Shown here: positions 12,665 to 25,282 of the stretch, in pieces
Numbering within the stretch: position 1 is the stretch's first letter
How the letters are laid out: every line of letters starts with the position of its first letter
Assembly: GCA_002269645.1 (NCBI GenBank)
Contig: NIVC01003028.1
Location: 7,440-71,439 of the forward strand
Reading direction: 5' to 3'
Length of the DNA stretch: 64,000 nt
DNA from: Macrostomum lignano
Lineage: Eukaryota
Translations under genes and position numbers: made by a program
The notes under the pieces: model-generated
Database searches by the model: none
Told to the model about the DNA's origin: nothing
Seen by the model: the letters and a program-made list of their open reading frames with translations, nothing else

Positions 12665-14070
12665 GGTGAGGAATAGACTGAGAGGACAAGAGAGAGAGCT
12701 AGTGAGGAATAGACTGAGAGGACAAGAGAGAGAGCTAGTGAGGAATAGACTGAGAGGACAAGATAGAGAGCTAGTGAGGAATAGACTGAGAGGACAAGAG
12801 AGAGAGCTAGTGAGGAATAGACTGAGAGGACAAGAGAGAGAGCTAGTGAGGAATAGACTGAGAGGACAAGAGAGAGAGCTAGTGAGGAATAGACTGAGAG
12901 GACAAGATAGAGAGCTAGTGAGGAATAGACTGAGAGGACAAGAGAGAGAGCTAGTGAGGAATAGACTGAGAGGACAAGATAGAGAGCTAGTGAGAAATAG
13001 ACTGAGAGGACAAGAGAGAGCTAGTGAGGAATAGACTGAGAGGACAAGAGAGAGCTAGTGAGGAATAGACTGAGAGGACAAGAGAGAGAGCTAGTGAGGA
13101 ATAGACTGAGAGGACAAGAGAGAGAGCTAGTGAGGAATAGACTGAGAGGACAAGAGAGAGAGCTAGTGAGGAATAGACTGAGAGGACAAGAGAGAGAGCT
13201 AGTGAGGAATAGACTGAGAGGACAAGATAGAGAGCTAGTGAGGAATAGACTGAGAGGACAAGAGAGAGAGCTAGTGAGGAATAGACTGAGAGGACAAGAG
13301 AGAGAGCTAGTGAGGAATAGACTGAGAGGACAAGATAGAGAGCTAGTGAGGAATAGACTGAGAGGACAAGAGAGAGAGCTAGTGAGGAATAGATTGAGAG
13401 GACAAGAGAGAGAGCTAGTGAGGAATAGATTGAGAGGACAAGATAGAGAGCTAGTGATGAATAGACTGAGAGGACAAGAGAGAGAGCTAGTGAGGAATAG
13501 ACTGAGAGGACAAGAGAGAGAGCTAGTGAGGAATAGACTGAGAGGACAAGAGAGAGAGCTAGTGAGGAATAGACTGAGAGGACAAGAGAGAGAGCTAGTG
13601 AGGAATAGACTGAGAGGACAAGAGAGAGAGCTAGTGAGGAATAGACTGAGAGGACAAGAGAGAGAGCTAGTGAGGAATAGACTGAGAGGACAAGAGAGAG
13701 AGCTAGTGAGGAATAGACTGAGAGGACAAGATAGAGAGCTAGTGAGGAATAGACTGAGAGGACAAGAGAGAGAGCTAGTGAGGAATAGACTGAGAGGACG
13801 AGAGCTAGTGAGGAATAGACTGAGAGGACAAGAGAGAGCTAGTGAGGAATAGACTGAGAGGACGAGAGCTAGTGAGGAATAGACTGAGAGGACGAGAGCT
13901 AGTGAGGAATAGACTGAGAGGACAAGAGAGAGCTAGTGAGGAATAGACTGAGAGGACGAGAGCTAGTGAGGAATAGACTGAGAGGACGAGAGCTAGTGAG
14001 GAATAGACTGAGAGGACAAGAGAGAGCTAGTGAGGAATAGACTGAGAGGACGAGAGCTAGTGAGGAATAG
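12665..14070. repeat. 36-bp minisatellite (GTGAGGAATAGACTGAGAGGACAAGAGAGAGAGCTA)n with 34- and 30-bp variants
   Basis: 12-aa periodic ORF VRNRLRGQEREL. Confidence 0.97.
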
Positions 14071-14352
14071 AAGCGGAGTGAGGTGAGAGCGCCTCAGAGA
14101 GAGGAGTCGGCCGGCCAGACTGTGCGGCGGTTTCAGAAGGCCAATATGCATTAGTCACCAGAGGGGCTGTGGACGTGACGTGAAGAGACAGCCAACCAGC
14201 GGTAGGAGAGCCAGAGGGGAGAGGAGATTATGCAAATTCGACCGAGTGCGGGATGGGAGACAAACTTCAGTGCATAAATAGGCAGTCAGTGGGTGATGGG
14301 GGAGCCCAGTCAGACTCCTCGGTGACTGCTCTCTACTCATAGCTTCGCCAAG

Positions 14353-15740
14353 ATGATTGACAACGACACTGAACAAGAGAGTCCGGCTGGTGACTCACGT
14401 CTAGGCCGCCTCCTGACGATGCAGTGCGGCAACGAGACTCGCTCTGGCCAGCTGCCCGTGTCCACCATGGTGTACATGATGCTGCTCCTGTCCCTGACCG
14501 CCGGAAATGTGATTAGCAACTTCCTCGGTGCTGTGATGGTGGCCCGCTGCCTGAGCAAGAGCTTCATCTCTGGCCTGCTGCTGGTGCTGTCGGCCTCGGA
14601 GATTCTGTTCAACGCTGCCCAGTTTGCCTACCAGCTGATGGTGTGGCGGTTCGGCTACTGGCAGAGGCCGTTCGCCTCGCTGGCCAGGGCCGGGCCATCG
14701 GCTACGCCTTCTGGGCAATGCTGCTGCTGAGCCTGGCCTTCCTGATGCTGCGCAACTGGGTGATCGTGCTGGTCTCCTGTGTGCGCTTCGAGCGGGTGTA
14801 CTTTCCATTCGGCCCGATACGATACACCACGCCGCGGCGGCTGGCAGCCCTGCTGATCGGCCTGCTGATTCTCTGCCTCGCCAGCAGCTTGCCGAAGGCG
14901 CTGCGCTACAATCCGGTGATCTGCACGGACTCGCTCACTCTCAACCAGGCGCAGACTTGGCTGTTCGACTCGCCAACCAGAGCCGCGATGCTGACCTTGC
15001 AGAGCTACATTGTGTCCACGCTGGCCCCGATTCTCTTGGTTGTGCTGCTCAACGCGCTCATCCTGCGGGCGGTGAACCGGCAGCGGCGGCTGTTTAACCG
15101 GCGGCACGGCGGCTCGGAGACTGGCGGCAGCAGCCGCGGCGCTGGAGGTCGCAGCGCCCTGAGCCGCTCGAAGATGACGGACCGGCTCCTGCTGATGCTG
15201 ATCACCGTGTTCGTGCTGTGCGAGCTACCCGCCTTTGTGTCCGGCCTGCTGCACAACTGGCTGCCGGCTCGGACCTCCGCCCATCTCATCCACGTGGCCC
15301 ACCTGGGAACCGCCATGGACTCGGCGCTCAACGTGCTGGTGTACATCATGTCGCAGCGGCAGAGCGGCGGCAAGTGCATCGAAGTCTGCGGGACTGGCGA
15401 ACGGCAGCGACTTCGTCAGCAGCAGCAACATCCGAACACCCGAGCCGCCCTCGGCGCCACCGCCACCGCTGCCGATGCCGGCGCCCCAGACGGAGTGTCC
15501 GACGCCATTAGGCGAGCCGTCGGCGCCGACAGCAGCTTTGCTTTCGCCGACGATTCCGCGCCACCTACGTCCGGCAAGTCCGCTGGCCAGCCAAGGGAAG
15601 AGGCCGCCTGCCGCCTGCCGCTGCTGACTGTCGATGGAGATGGCGCTGGCGGCGGCAGCAAGCTGGGCCTCTTCTGGCACCTGCAGGACCAGCCCCTGAC
15701 GCAGATCACCTGCGACGGTGTGCTCGAGTCGGCCTTCTGA
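14353..15740 (+). CDS. Intronless class A (rhodopsin-type) GPCR, FMRFamide/peptide-receptor-like; one frameshift at ~14682
   Basis: ORFs 14353-14730 and 14643-15740 together give 7 hydrophobic segments: TM1 GNVISN, TM2 LSASE, TM3 end SCVRFERVYFP, TM6 FVLCELP, TM7 DSALNVLVY. Adding one G at CTGG|CCAG (14682) fuses them into a 462-aa ORF. Confidence 0.85.
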
Positions 15741-16658
15741 GCCGCACAGGGTGGACTACTCGAATTTGGAAATCCATGGGCATCCATGGACTTTACTTGT
15801 GCATTGCAGACACTCATTTTTCACTACCCCCGGCCCCAAGTTTCACATTCCCCAAGTCGCTTCTGGTTTACACAAACCATTTGACTACACAACGATAATT
15901 GTTGAATGCGAAGTTAGGAGATTTTCAAGCCGTATATTGGTCATTTGGGAATAGCATGCACACCCTTTAGAAATTCTTGTATTGTTGTGATAAAGTGTGA
16001 ATGCTATTGTTGTTCGCTAGCACACATTGCATCAGCCATTATCGTCTACCATCTCCACTGAACCTCTGCAAGCTTCTGCAAGTTTGTTGTGCAACTTTCT
16101 ATTTTGTTCTATTTTGCTTGTCTCCAAGCCCAGAGAATCTCAGCGCTTCGTCAATCAATCATACGGCAGGTCCCTCGGGCCGGTCGCACACAGCCTCTGC
16201 ATCTGGCGCTAACCCTTACCCCCCCCCCATCTTGGAATCTGCTGCAACATGTATAGCCAGCAATTTCCTCGACTTGCACACCACTGTATGGCCTCTCTAA
16301 AGTGGCCGAAGGAATTTCCTTCCTTTCTATCCTATTACTGTTGAATGTTGTTTTCAAAAGCCGTGTACTGTTAGCCTGTGTCTCCCTGTGCGCTAGCCCT
16401 GTGCCGCCCCGTGGCCCTTTGTTGAAGCCGAGTGCGAGACGAAAACACAGAAAAATCCTCACAGGCTTGCGTCTGCTTCGTTCCTCCGTCCCGTCACCGT
16501 CCGCTCCTGTTGCCATTCCAAAAGTTTCGGACCAAGCAAAAATAAAATGGCAAAAACAGCAAAAATGGGAGACCGAGAGCGCACTAATTTTAATTGCGGA
16601 TCGTTCTTGGGTTGCTTTTGTCTGCAGCGTTTCGAAAAGAAAGTGCGCAATACTAACG

Positions 16659-16955
16659 GAATGGATTGCTAATCTAGCCTACATCACGGATAAAGGAATA
16701 GAATGGATTGCTAATCTAGCCTACATCACGGATAAAGGAATAGAATGGATTGCTAATCTAGCCTACATCACGGATAAAGGAATAGAATGGATTGCTAATC
16801 TAGCCTACATCATGGATGCAGGAATAGAATGGATTGCTAATCTAGCCTACATCATGGATGCAGGAATAGAATGGATTGCTAATCTAGCCTACATCATGGA
16901 TGCAGGAATAGAATGGATTGCTAATCTAGCCTACATCATGGATGCAGGAATAGAA
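16659..16955. repeat. 42-bp tandem repeat, 7 copies (GAATGGATTGCTAATCTAGCCTACATCACGGATAAAGGAATA)
   Basis: 14-aa periodicity EWIANLAYITDKGI / EWIANLAYIMDAGI. Confidence 0.95.
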
Positions 16956-18108
16956 TTTCGATAAATATTCTGCAATGGAATAAACTCAAGTAAAATATTC
17001 TGCATTTCTGCTTGTAGATAGTTTAAATATTGTCTTCAAACTGTCACATAGATCAAGCCTACTGGCAACGCTTCTGATTGTCACACGCTAGAGCAGATAT
17101 TTTGACCATAGACTATGGTCTAATATTTATTGGCTCGTATTACGCGTTCAACGATTGCGTGCAGACAATTTTCGCAGGGAAAAAATATGAATATGAGAAG
17201 AACAAGCAAAAAGCGAAACAAATACGACTCAGGTAAGTACAACAAAACGTGGTGAACACAGATGTTATTGCCCTGTCACGTATTCCTACTACTTATTGAT
17301 ATTGATCGTGCAATTTGCAAACTGGCAGTTGGAGAACACTGCAGCATTGGTATCCTCACGAACAGTTGTTGTCTCGTGGCCGATGATGCTTTTGCTGCTA
17401 GTCGAGACGCAGGTACCACTGCTGTTGGCATTCACACCGCGTAGTTCTAACGTAGCCCCCACAGTAGTTGCCATGTCTCGAATGGCGCTGTCCCTCTTGC
17501 TGATCCGCTGCATGTACGTACATAGCCAGTTAATGCCATCGAGGGATTCTACTGGTAAATGCTTCCAGGTGATCATCTTTCTCCAGTGTCAAATAAGCTA
17601 GCAATGTGTTTGTATTCTCAAAGGCTTCGGACTGCGCTTCTGTCCTCTGCCCAACAAAAGGCTCGCTTTTTGTTGCAGCTACTTATGTCTATGGTTCAAA
17701 CCAGACCCTAGACGTCTAATTTTAGACATGCATTGCCGCATATGTAGCAATGCATGATTGTCACACGCTTCGTGAGTGGCTTGATCAATAGGACAATAAT
17801 ATTGTCTATATGATTTCTGATATAGACAATGCTCGAAGCCACGGTGAATTCGAGCATTGCGTTGAATCCCTTTTCATCAATTTTGTTCGAACTGAGATAT
17901 CAATCACGGGACAGCAGGAGTCACTGGCTTGTGTTTTGCATCTGTCGCATCGCATGCTAAACAAGGAAAAGTACTTTGACTGACCAACAGAAAATATAAA
18001 ATGGAAAGTAGCCTTCACTCAAAACATGCACCGAATGCTTAGCTGCAGCTGGCCCAGCAATTCCCTCAAGACCGGCCATTATGGGTTTTAGCTCTATCCT
18101 ACTACTCG

Positions 18109-18686
<578 letters not shown>

Positions 18687-19084
18687 CTATCTACCCGAAC
18701 CAGCCACCTACTTCTGATGAACTTTACAGGGTCTTTTAAACTCTTTTTAATGGCGTGCGGTTTTATTTTCAGAGAAGAAATCCTAAAAGCATTGCATTTG
18801 CCTTCCAACTGAGTTAGGCGGAACAGGCCACACCTGGCGGCCTGCCTCTGGTACTTAGTGGAGTGTCAGCCTGTTTGTGCTAAATATAGAAGACAGTATA
18901 TAGATTTCCTTGCCACCCGTTTTCCATTTAGTTTCATTCTCCCTCTTTAATTTCGCTAAATAAAGAGCGGCGGTGCCCGAAACCAGTTGTCTGTGTTTTA
19001 GCTTCCCCTTTCCTCCTTTCTCCCCGCTCTTACCTGCCCTCCCCCGCTCTCAATCCGCTCTACCTGCCATTAATCGCTTGTATC

Positions 19085-19565
19085 TACCATCTCCCCCTCT
19101 ACCTATCCTCTCTCCCTCTACCCTCTCTCCCTCTACCTATCCTCTCTCCCTCTACCCTCTCTCCCTCTACCTACCCTCTCTCCCTCTACCTACCCTCTCT
19201 CCCTCTACCTACCCTCTCTCCCTCTACCTACCCTCTCTCCCTCTACCTACCCTCTCTCCCTCTACCTACCCTCTCTCCCTCTACCTACCCTCTCTCCCTC
19301 TACCTACCCTCTCTCCCTCTACCTACCCTCTCTCCCTCTACCTACCCTCTCTCCCTCTACCTACCCTCTCTCCCTCTACCTACCCTCTCTCCCTCTACCT
19401 ACCCTCTCTCCCTCTACCTACCCTCTCTCCCTCTACCTACCCTCTCTCCCTCTACCTACCCTCTCTCCCTCTACCTACCCTCTCTCCCTCTACCTACCCT
19501 CTCTCCCTCTACCTACCCTCTCTCCCTCTACCTACCCTCTCTCCCTCTACCTACCCTCTCTCCCC
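19085..19565. repeat. 19-bp minisatellite (CTACCTACCCTCTCTCCCT)n
   Basis: Direct reading; 19-aa periodic translation. Confidence 0.95.
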
Positions 19566-19969
19566 TGTATCTAACTCTCCCTAAATTTACTCTCTATCGC
19601 TTTCTATCTAAACCGCAGACACCTGTCGAAAAATATCCGGCATTCTTGCTGACTTTCGTGTTTTTTTCTACAAAATTATACAATTATGTAAAAACAACGC
19701 AAGAAGTGAAGCTCCTTGCAGCATAAATGATGCTCATTAAGGAGATCTCGCAGAATGTGATTTGAAAATTCACATTCATGCCCACACACACGCACACTTG
19801 TTGATGTTGCTTCAGTAGATTTCCAGAATCTTCCCAGTTCTTAGCTCCATCTGTTATTATTTTTTGCTAGCTAGTAATGTCAACTATTTTAGGCCTCCTT
19901 CATGACACTTTTTTTACCCGCTCATGTCTACCCCCATCCTTGAGACTTCTTGAGCAGCATACTACTTCC

Positions 19970-20640
19970 CTGACTGAGCAGCCTTGTCACTCTTCCTACT
20001 CATTCTTACTGACTGAGCAGCCTTGTCACTCTTCCTACTCATTCTCACTGACTGAGCAGCCTTGTCACTCTTCCTACTCATTCTCACTGACTGAGCAGCC
20101 TTGTCACTCTTCCTACTCATTCTCACTGACTGAGCAGCCTTGTCACTCTTCCTACTCATTCTCACTGACTGAGCAGCCTTGTCACTCTTCCTACTCATTC
20201 TCACTGACTGAGCAGCCTTGTCACTCTTCCTACTCATTCTCACTGACTGAGCAGCCTTGTCACTCTTCCTACTCATTCTCACTGGCTGAGCAGCCTTGTC
20301 ACTTGTCACTCTTCCTACTTATTCTCACTGACTGAGCAGCCTTGTCACTTTTCCTACTCATTCTCACTGACTGAGCAGCCTTGTCACTCCTACTCATTCT
20401 CACTGACTGAGCAGCCTTGTCACTCTTCCTACTCATTCTCACTGACTGAGCAGCCTTGTCACTCTTCCTACTCATTCTCACTGACTGAGCAGCCTTGTCA
20501 CTCTTCCTACTCATTCTCACTGACCGAGCAGCCTTGTCACTCTTCCTACTCATTCTCACTGACTGAGCAGCCTTGTCACTCTTCCTACTCATTCTCACTG
20601 ACCGAGCAGCCTTGTCACTCTTCCTACTCATTCTTGTCAC
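19970..20640. repeat. 39-bp minisatellite (CTGACTGAGCAGCCTTGTCACTCTTCCTACTCATTCTCA)n
   Basis: 13-aa periodic ORF LTEQPCHSSYSFS. Confidence 0.96.
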
Positions 20641-20657
20641 ACCATCCATTGAAGTCG

Positions 20658-20663
20658 TTTATT
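20658..20663 (-). promoter_or_regulatory. Candidate polyadenylation signal (AATAAA) of the Lox4-type Hox gene
   Basis: TTTATT on + strand, ~120 nt downstream of the Hox stop codon. Confidence 0.45.
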
Positions 20664-20785
20664 CGACTGCAGTCTCTCATCTTCAAACAATCAATGTTAA
20701 AGGGCAATCAAAATCAAGATTTGACAGATACAAAAATAAAAAAATTCCTCAAGATAAAGCAGCAGAGTCCAAAAGAGTCAGCTTA

Positions 20786-22702
20786 TCATCCAACCGTGAG
20801 CCGTTCGTCCTGGATGTCAGCCTTCGTCATCTCTTGAGCGCAATTAAGCTCCCTAATCCGCATTCGATGCCTTTTAAGCTTCATCCGGCGATTTTGAAAC
20901 CAGATTTTCACCTGCCGCTCTGTCATGCCCAGCCAGGTGGACAGCTCTGCCCGCCTGTCCCTGCTCAGGTACCGGCTCAGCTGGAATTCCTTTTCCAGTT
21001 CGAGCGTCTGCTGCTGACTGTACGTGCGGCGACCGCCGGAACGACTCGCTGAATTCGGGCCTGCAGTAGCGGCGAGGAGGTGGCGGCTTCAGCTGCTGGC
21101 TCATTGGGGATCGCGGGGAGAGAAAAAGGGAGGTGGAGAAGGTTATCGGGATAGTGGGGAGGGTAGAGGGAGAGAGGAGAGAGGGAGAGGGAATGGAGAG
21201 GTGAGAGAGGAGAGATAAGAGGTGCAGAAGGTTATCGGGATAGTGGGGAGGGTAGAGGGAGAGAGGAGAGAGGGAGAGGGAATGGAGAGGTGAGAGAGGA
21301 GAGATAAGAGGTGCAGAAGGTTATCGGGATAGTGGAGAAAGAGAGTGGAGAGGGAGAGAGGGAGGTGAGAGGGGGAGGGATGGAAGTGGGGAGAGGGGAA
21401 AGATAGGAAGAGTGGAGAGAAGTGAGGTAGAGCGAGAGAGGAGAGAGGGGAGAGATGAGAGGTTGAGAAGGTTATCGGGATAGTGGAGAAAGAGAGAGTG
21501 GAGCGGGAGAGAGGGGTGAGGGGAGAGGGGAGAAGGGAGAGAAGGGGAGAAGGGATGGAAGATAAAAGGGGGAATAAAAAGAAGGCACAGAGAAGGAAGA
21601 AGATAAGAAAGTAGAGAGGAGAGCATGAGTGCTGATCACGCGAACCCCTCGTGCACATGAGAGAGACGCAGCAATGCCACTCAAATTCGTAAATATTTTG
21701 CAAGCCCTGAAAAAGACAGAATGACATAAATTGTTTAAAAAGTCCAACAGACTAATAGCCTACAATCATTACAATCCGCCTCCGTGAAGCACAGTTGTCT
21801 TTTTCCTACGTATAAATCATCGCAGAAGCCTGCAATCTGCTCGTTTGCCAGTCAGTGGGTTGCAATTTTCCAAATTGCAGTACTTCAAGGCCTCAGACCC
21901 CTCAGGCTGGGCTGATTAAAACCGGACTCCTCAGTTCTAGGGCTTTAATTTCAATGCGACTGACTTACACGTTAGTTTAACAAAACTTGTTTTTCAAGTT
22001 GCGTAAAAATATTGACAAAAAATATGTTTTTTCTATCCGAATCTTGGCATGATAATTAACCCTCTGTGACTTTTTGCCAACTGCCCAGCTGACAAGGGAA
22101 AATTATTGACTGACAAATTTTGACTGGCAATACACCCAACCCCTCACCGACAATAACACCCAACCCCTCACCGACAATAACACCCAAACCCCTCACCGAC
22201 AATAACACCCAACCCCTCACTGACAATAACACCCAAACCCCTCACCGGCAATACACCCAACCCCTCACCGACAATAACACCCAACCCCTCACCGACAATA
22301 ACACCCAAACCCCTCACCGGCAATACACCCAACCCCTCACCGACAATAACACCCAAACCCCTCACCGGCAATACACCAAACCCCTCACCGACAATAACAC
22401 CCAAACCCCTCACCGACAACCGCCATCCAAGGCCAGCAGTTGTCATCGTTGGTTTCAACGAGCTTCTGCTGCCGTTTGTCTGCAGCCGCACAGCTGTTGC
22501 CATTTTCCGTCAAGCTTTCGAAATCTTCGCGCTGCTCACTCGCCAAAGTACCGGCAGATGCAGCAGCACCCACAACACCACACTGTGCGCCAGGCCAGGA
22601 GCAGCTCTGCTCGATATTTTGTCGACAAAATGTGCCAATACTGCTAAAGCCGCACTCCAGACAGTTCGTGAAGACGCGACCACCTTCGCTTAGTTGTTGC
22701 AT
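20786..22702 (-). CDS. Lox4: Central-class Hox gene, Lox4/Lox2 (UbdA-peptide) type; exons 22702-22414 and 21060-20786, 187 aa
   Basis: Exon 2 (translated by hand): [73 protein letters not shown]..., stop TGA TAA. Exon 1 ends ...[10 protein letters not shown] at G|GTGAGG. A phase-1 intron (22413-21061, acceptor tactgcAG) gives [12 protein letters not shown], matching the Lox4/Lox2 hexapeptide-linker. MKLK..I-x-ELN matches the UbdA parapeptide. Lox4 is favoured over Lox2 by GPNSA, TYS, EFQ and MKLK, but RY and ELS are Lox2-like. Confidence 0.88.
21110..21620. repeat. GA-rich low-complexity tract with an 89-bp local duplication inside the Hox intron
   Basis: GGTTATCGGGATAGTGG recurs at 21141, 21230, 21319 and 21470. 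Confidence 0.8.
22126..22420. repeat. 23-25 bp minisatellite overlapping the Hox exon-1 splice donor
   Basis: Unit CCCCTCACCGACAATAACACCCAA; 12 CTCAC (GTGAG on - strand) cores between 22143 and 22413. Confidence 0.93.
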
Positions 22703-22741
22703 TTCTCTGCTTTTTTTGAGGCTCTTCTCTTCTCTTTCTCG

Positions 22742-22756
22742 CCTATTTTAAATAGG
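22742..22756 (-). promoter_or_regulatory. Possible TATA element of the Lox4-type gene
   Basis: Near-palindrome reading CCTATTTAAAATAGG on - strand, ~45 nt upstream of the ATG. Confidence 0.3.
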
Positions 22757-23239
22757 GAAGGTGCAGCGGCAAATTTTGGCATTTTCTGTTTTACAGAAGA
22801 AACGAAAAGTTTCAGCTTGGCTTCAAGGTTAACGACCCCAAGTCTGGCGTGTAAAACTGAGCTGTCACAGAAAAAGAGAGAGGGAATTTATTGCAGGCTC
22901 TGGTCCTTTGACCCAGGTTGGGCAATAATTCTATTCTGTTTATTGCCTCTCCCTTCGGCGTTGGTTTCTCCGTTTATCGATTTTCTTTTAGAAGAACAGT
23001 GGCTTTGCTGCGTACTTTGTTAATTAAAATCTATCTTGAAATTTTGCAGAAAAGGTTTTATGTTTTATTTTGTGACAGAACATAATGCTCTGGCATAGAA
23101 GTTGGTTTACTAATAGTTAGACGTGGTGCAAATAAATATATAGGAGATTTAAGGTGCTAATATATGGTATAATTGTTCTTTAAAATTTACGCTTTGAGTA
23201 AATAGGAAAAAAGTTTTTCACTATCAATTAATAATTGGA

Positions 23240-25120
23240 GGGCTGATTTGGAGAGGTTGCATTTTGGGGGGTTGATTTAGAGGGGGTTGCATTTTGGGGA
23301 GTTGATTAAGAGGGGATTGCATTGTGGGGGGTTGATTTAGAGGGGTTGCATTGTGGGGGGTTGATTTAGAGGGGATTGCATTTTGGGGAGTTGATTAAGA
23401 GGGGATTGCATTGTGGGGGGTTGATTAAGAGGGGGTTGCATTGTGGGGGTTGATTTAGAGGGGTTGCATTGTGGGGAGTTGATTAAGAGGGGTTGCATTG
23501 TGGGGGGTTGATTTAGAGGGGATTGCATTGTGGGGGGTTGATTTAGAGGGGGTTGCATTTTGGGGAGTTGATTAAGAGGGGATTGCATTGTGGGGGGTTG
23601 ATTTAGAGGGGATTGCATTGTGGGGGGTTGATTTAGAGGGGATTGCATTGTGGGGGGTTGATTTAGAGGGGGTTGCATTTTGGGGAGTTGATTAAGAGGG
23701 GTTGCATTGTGGGGGTTGATTTAGAGGGGATTGCATTGTGGGGGGTTGATTTAGAGGGGGTTGCATTGTGGGGGGGTTGATTTAGAGGGGTTGCATTGTG
23801 GGGCGTTGATTTAGAGGGGGTTGCATTGTGGGGGGGTTGATTTAGAGGGGGTTGCATTGTGGGGGTTGATTTAGAGGGGTTGCATTGTGGGGGGTTGATT
23901 TAGAGGGTTGCATTGTGGGGGGTTGATTTAGAGGGGGTTGCATTGTGGGGGGTTGATTTAGAGGGGTTGCATTGTGGGGGGTTGATTTAGAGGGGGTTGC
24001 ATTGTGGGGGGGTTGATTTAGAGGGGTTGCATTGTGGGGGGTTAATTTAGAGGGGGTTGCATTGTGGGGGGTTGATTTAGAGGGGTTGCATTGTGGGGGG
24101 TTGATTTAGAGGGGTTGCATTGTAGGGGTTGATTTAGAGGGGGTTGCATTGTGGGGGGTTGATTTAGAGGGGGTTGCATTGTGGGGGGGTGATTTGGGGG
24201 GGGTTGCATTGTGGGGGGTTGATTTAGAGGGGTTGCATTGTGGGGGGTTGATTTAGAGGGGTTGCATTGTGGGGGGTTGATTTAGAGGGGGTTGCATTGT
24301 GGGGGGTTGATTTAGAGGGGTTGCATTGTGGGGGTTGATTTAGAGGGGTTGTATTGTGGGGGATTGATTTAGAGGGGTTGCATTGTGGGGGTTGATTTAG
24401 AGGGGGTTGCATTGTGGGGGGTTGATTTAGAGGGGATTGCATTGTGGGGGGTTGATTTAGAGGGGGTTGCATTGTGGGGGGGTTGATTTAGAGGGGATTG
24501 CATTGTGGGGGTTGATTTAGAGGGGGTTGCATTGTGGGGGGTTGATTTAGAGGGGATTGCATTGTGTGGGGTTGATTTAGAGGGGGTTGCATTGTGGGGG
24601 GTTGATTTAGAGGGGGTTGCATTGTGGGGGGGTTGATTTAGAGGGGATTGCATTGTGGGGGTTGATTTAGAGGGGGTTGCATTGTGGGGGGGTGATTTGG
24701 GGGGTTGCATTGTGGGGGGTTGATTTGGGGGGTTGCATTGTGGGGGGTTGATTTGGGGGGGGGTTGCATTGGGTGGGTGTTGATTTGGAGGGGTTACATT
24801 GGGGGTTGATTTAGAGGGGTTGCATTGTGGGGCGTTGATTTAGAGGGGTTGCATTGTGGGGGGTTGATTTGGGGGGGGTTGCATTGTGGGGGTTGATTTG
24901 GGGGGGGTTGCATTGTGGGGGTTGATTTAGAGGGGTTGCATTGTGGGGGTTGATTTAGAGGGGGTTGCATTGTGGGGGTTGATTTAGAGGGGGTTGCATT
25001 GTGGGGGTTGATTTAGAGGGGGTTGCATTGTGGGGGGTTGATTTAGAGGGGGTTGCATTGTGGGGGGTTGATTTAGAGGGGGTCGCATTGTGGGGGGGTT
25101 GATTTAGAGGGGGTTGCATT
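23240..25120. repeat. ~29-30 bp G-rich satellite (TTGATTTAGAGGGGGTTGCATTGTGGGGG)n, ~60 units
   Basis: Direct reading; G-run lengths vary between units. Confidence 0.96.
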
Positions 25121-25282
25121 GGAGGTTGAACTATGGTTGAATTAGAGGCGTTGAATTGGGGATTCTGAAAAATTAATCAAATTATTGGTGATATAAGCTA
25201 AAGCTTTTGCTCAGTTCAGTCTGACAGTGAAAATAATAAATTTAAAACAAGCGAGAACAGGCGAGTCGCGGTTTCCAAAGCT

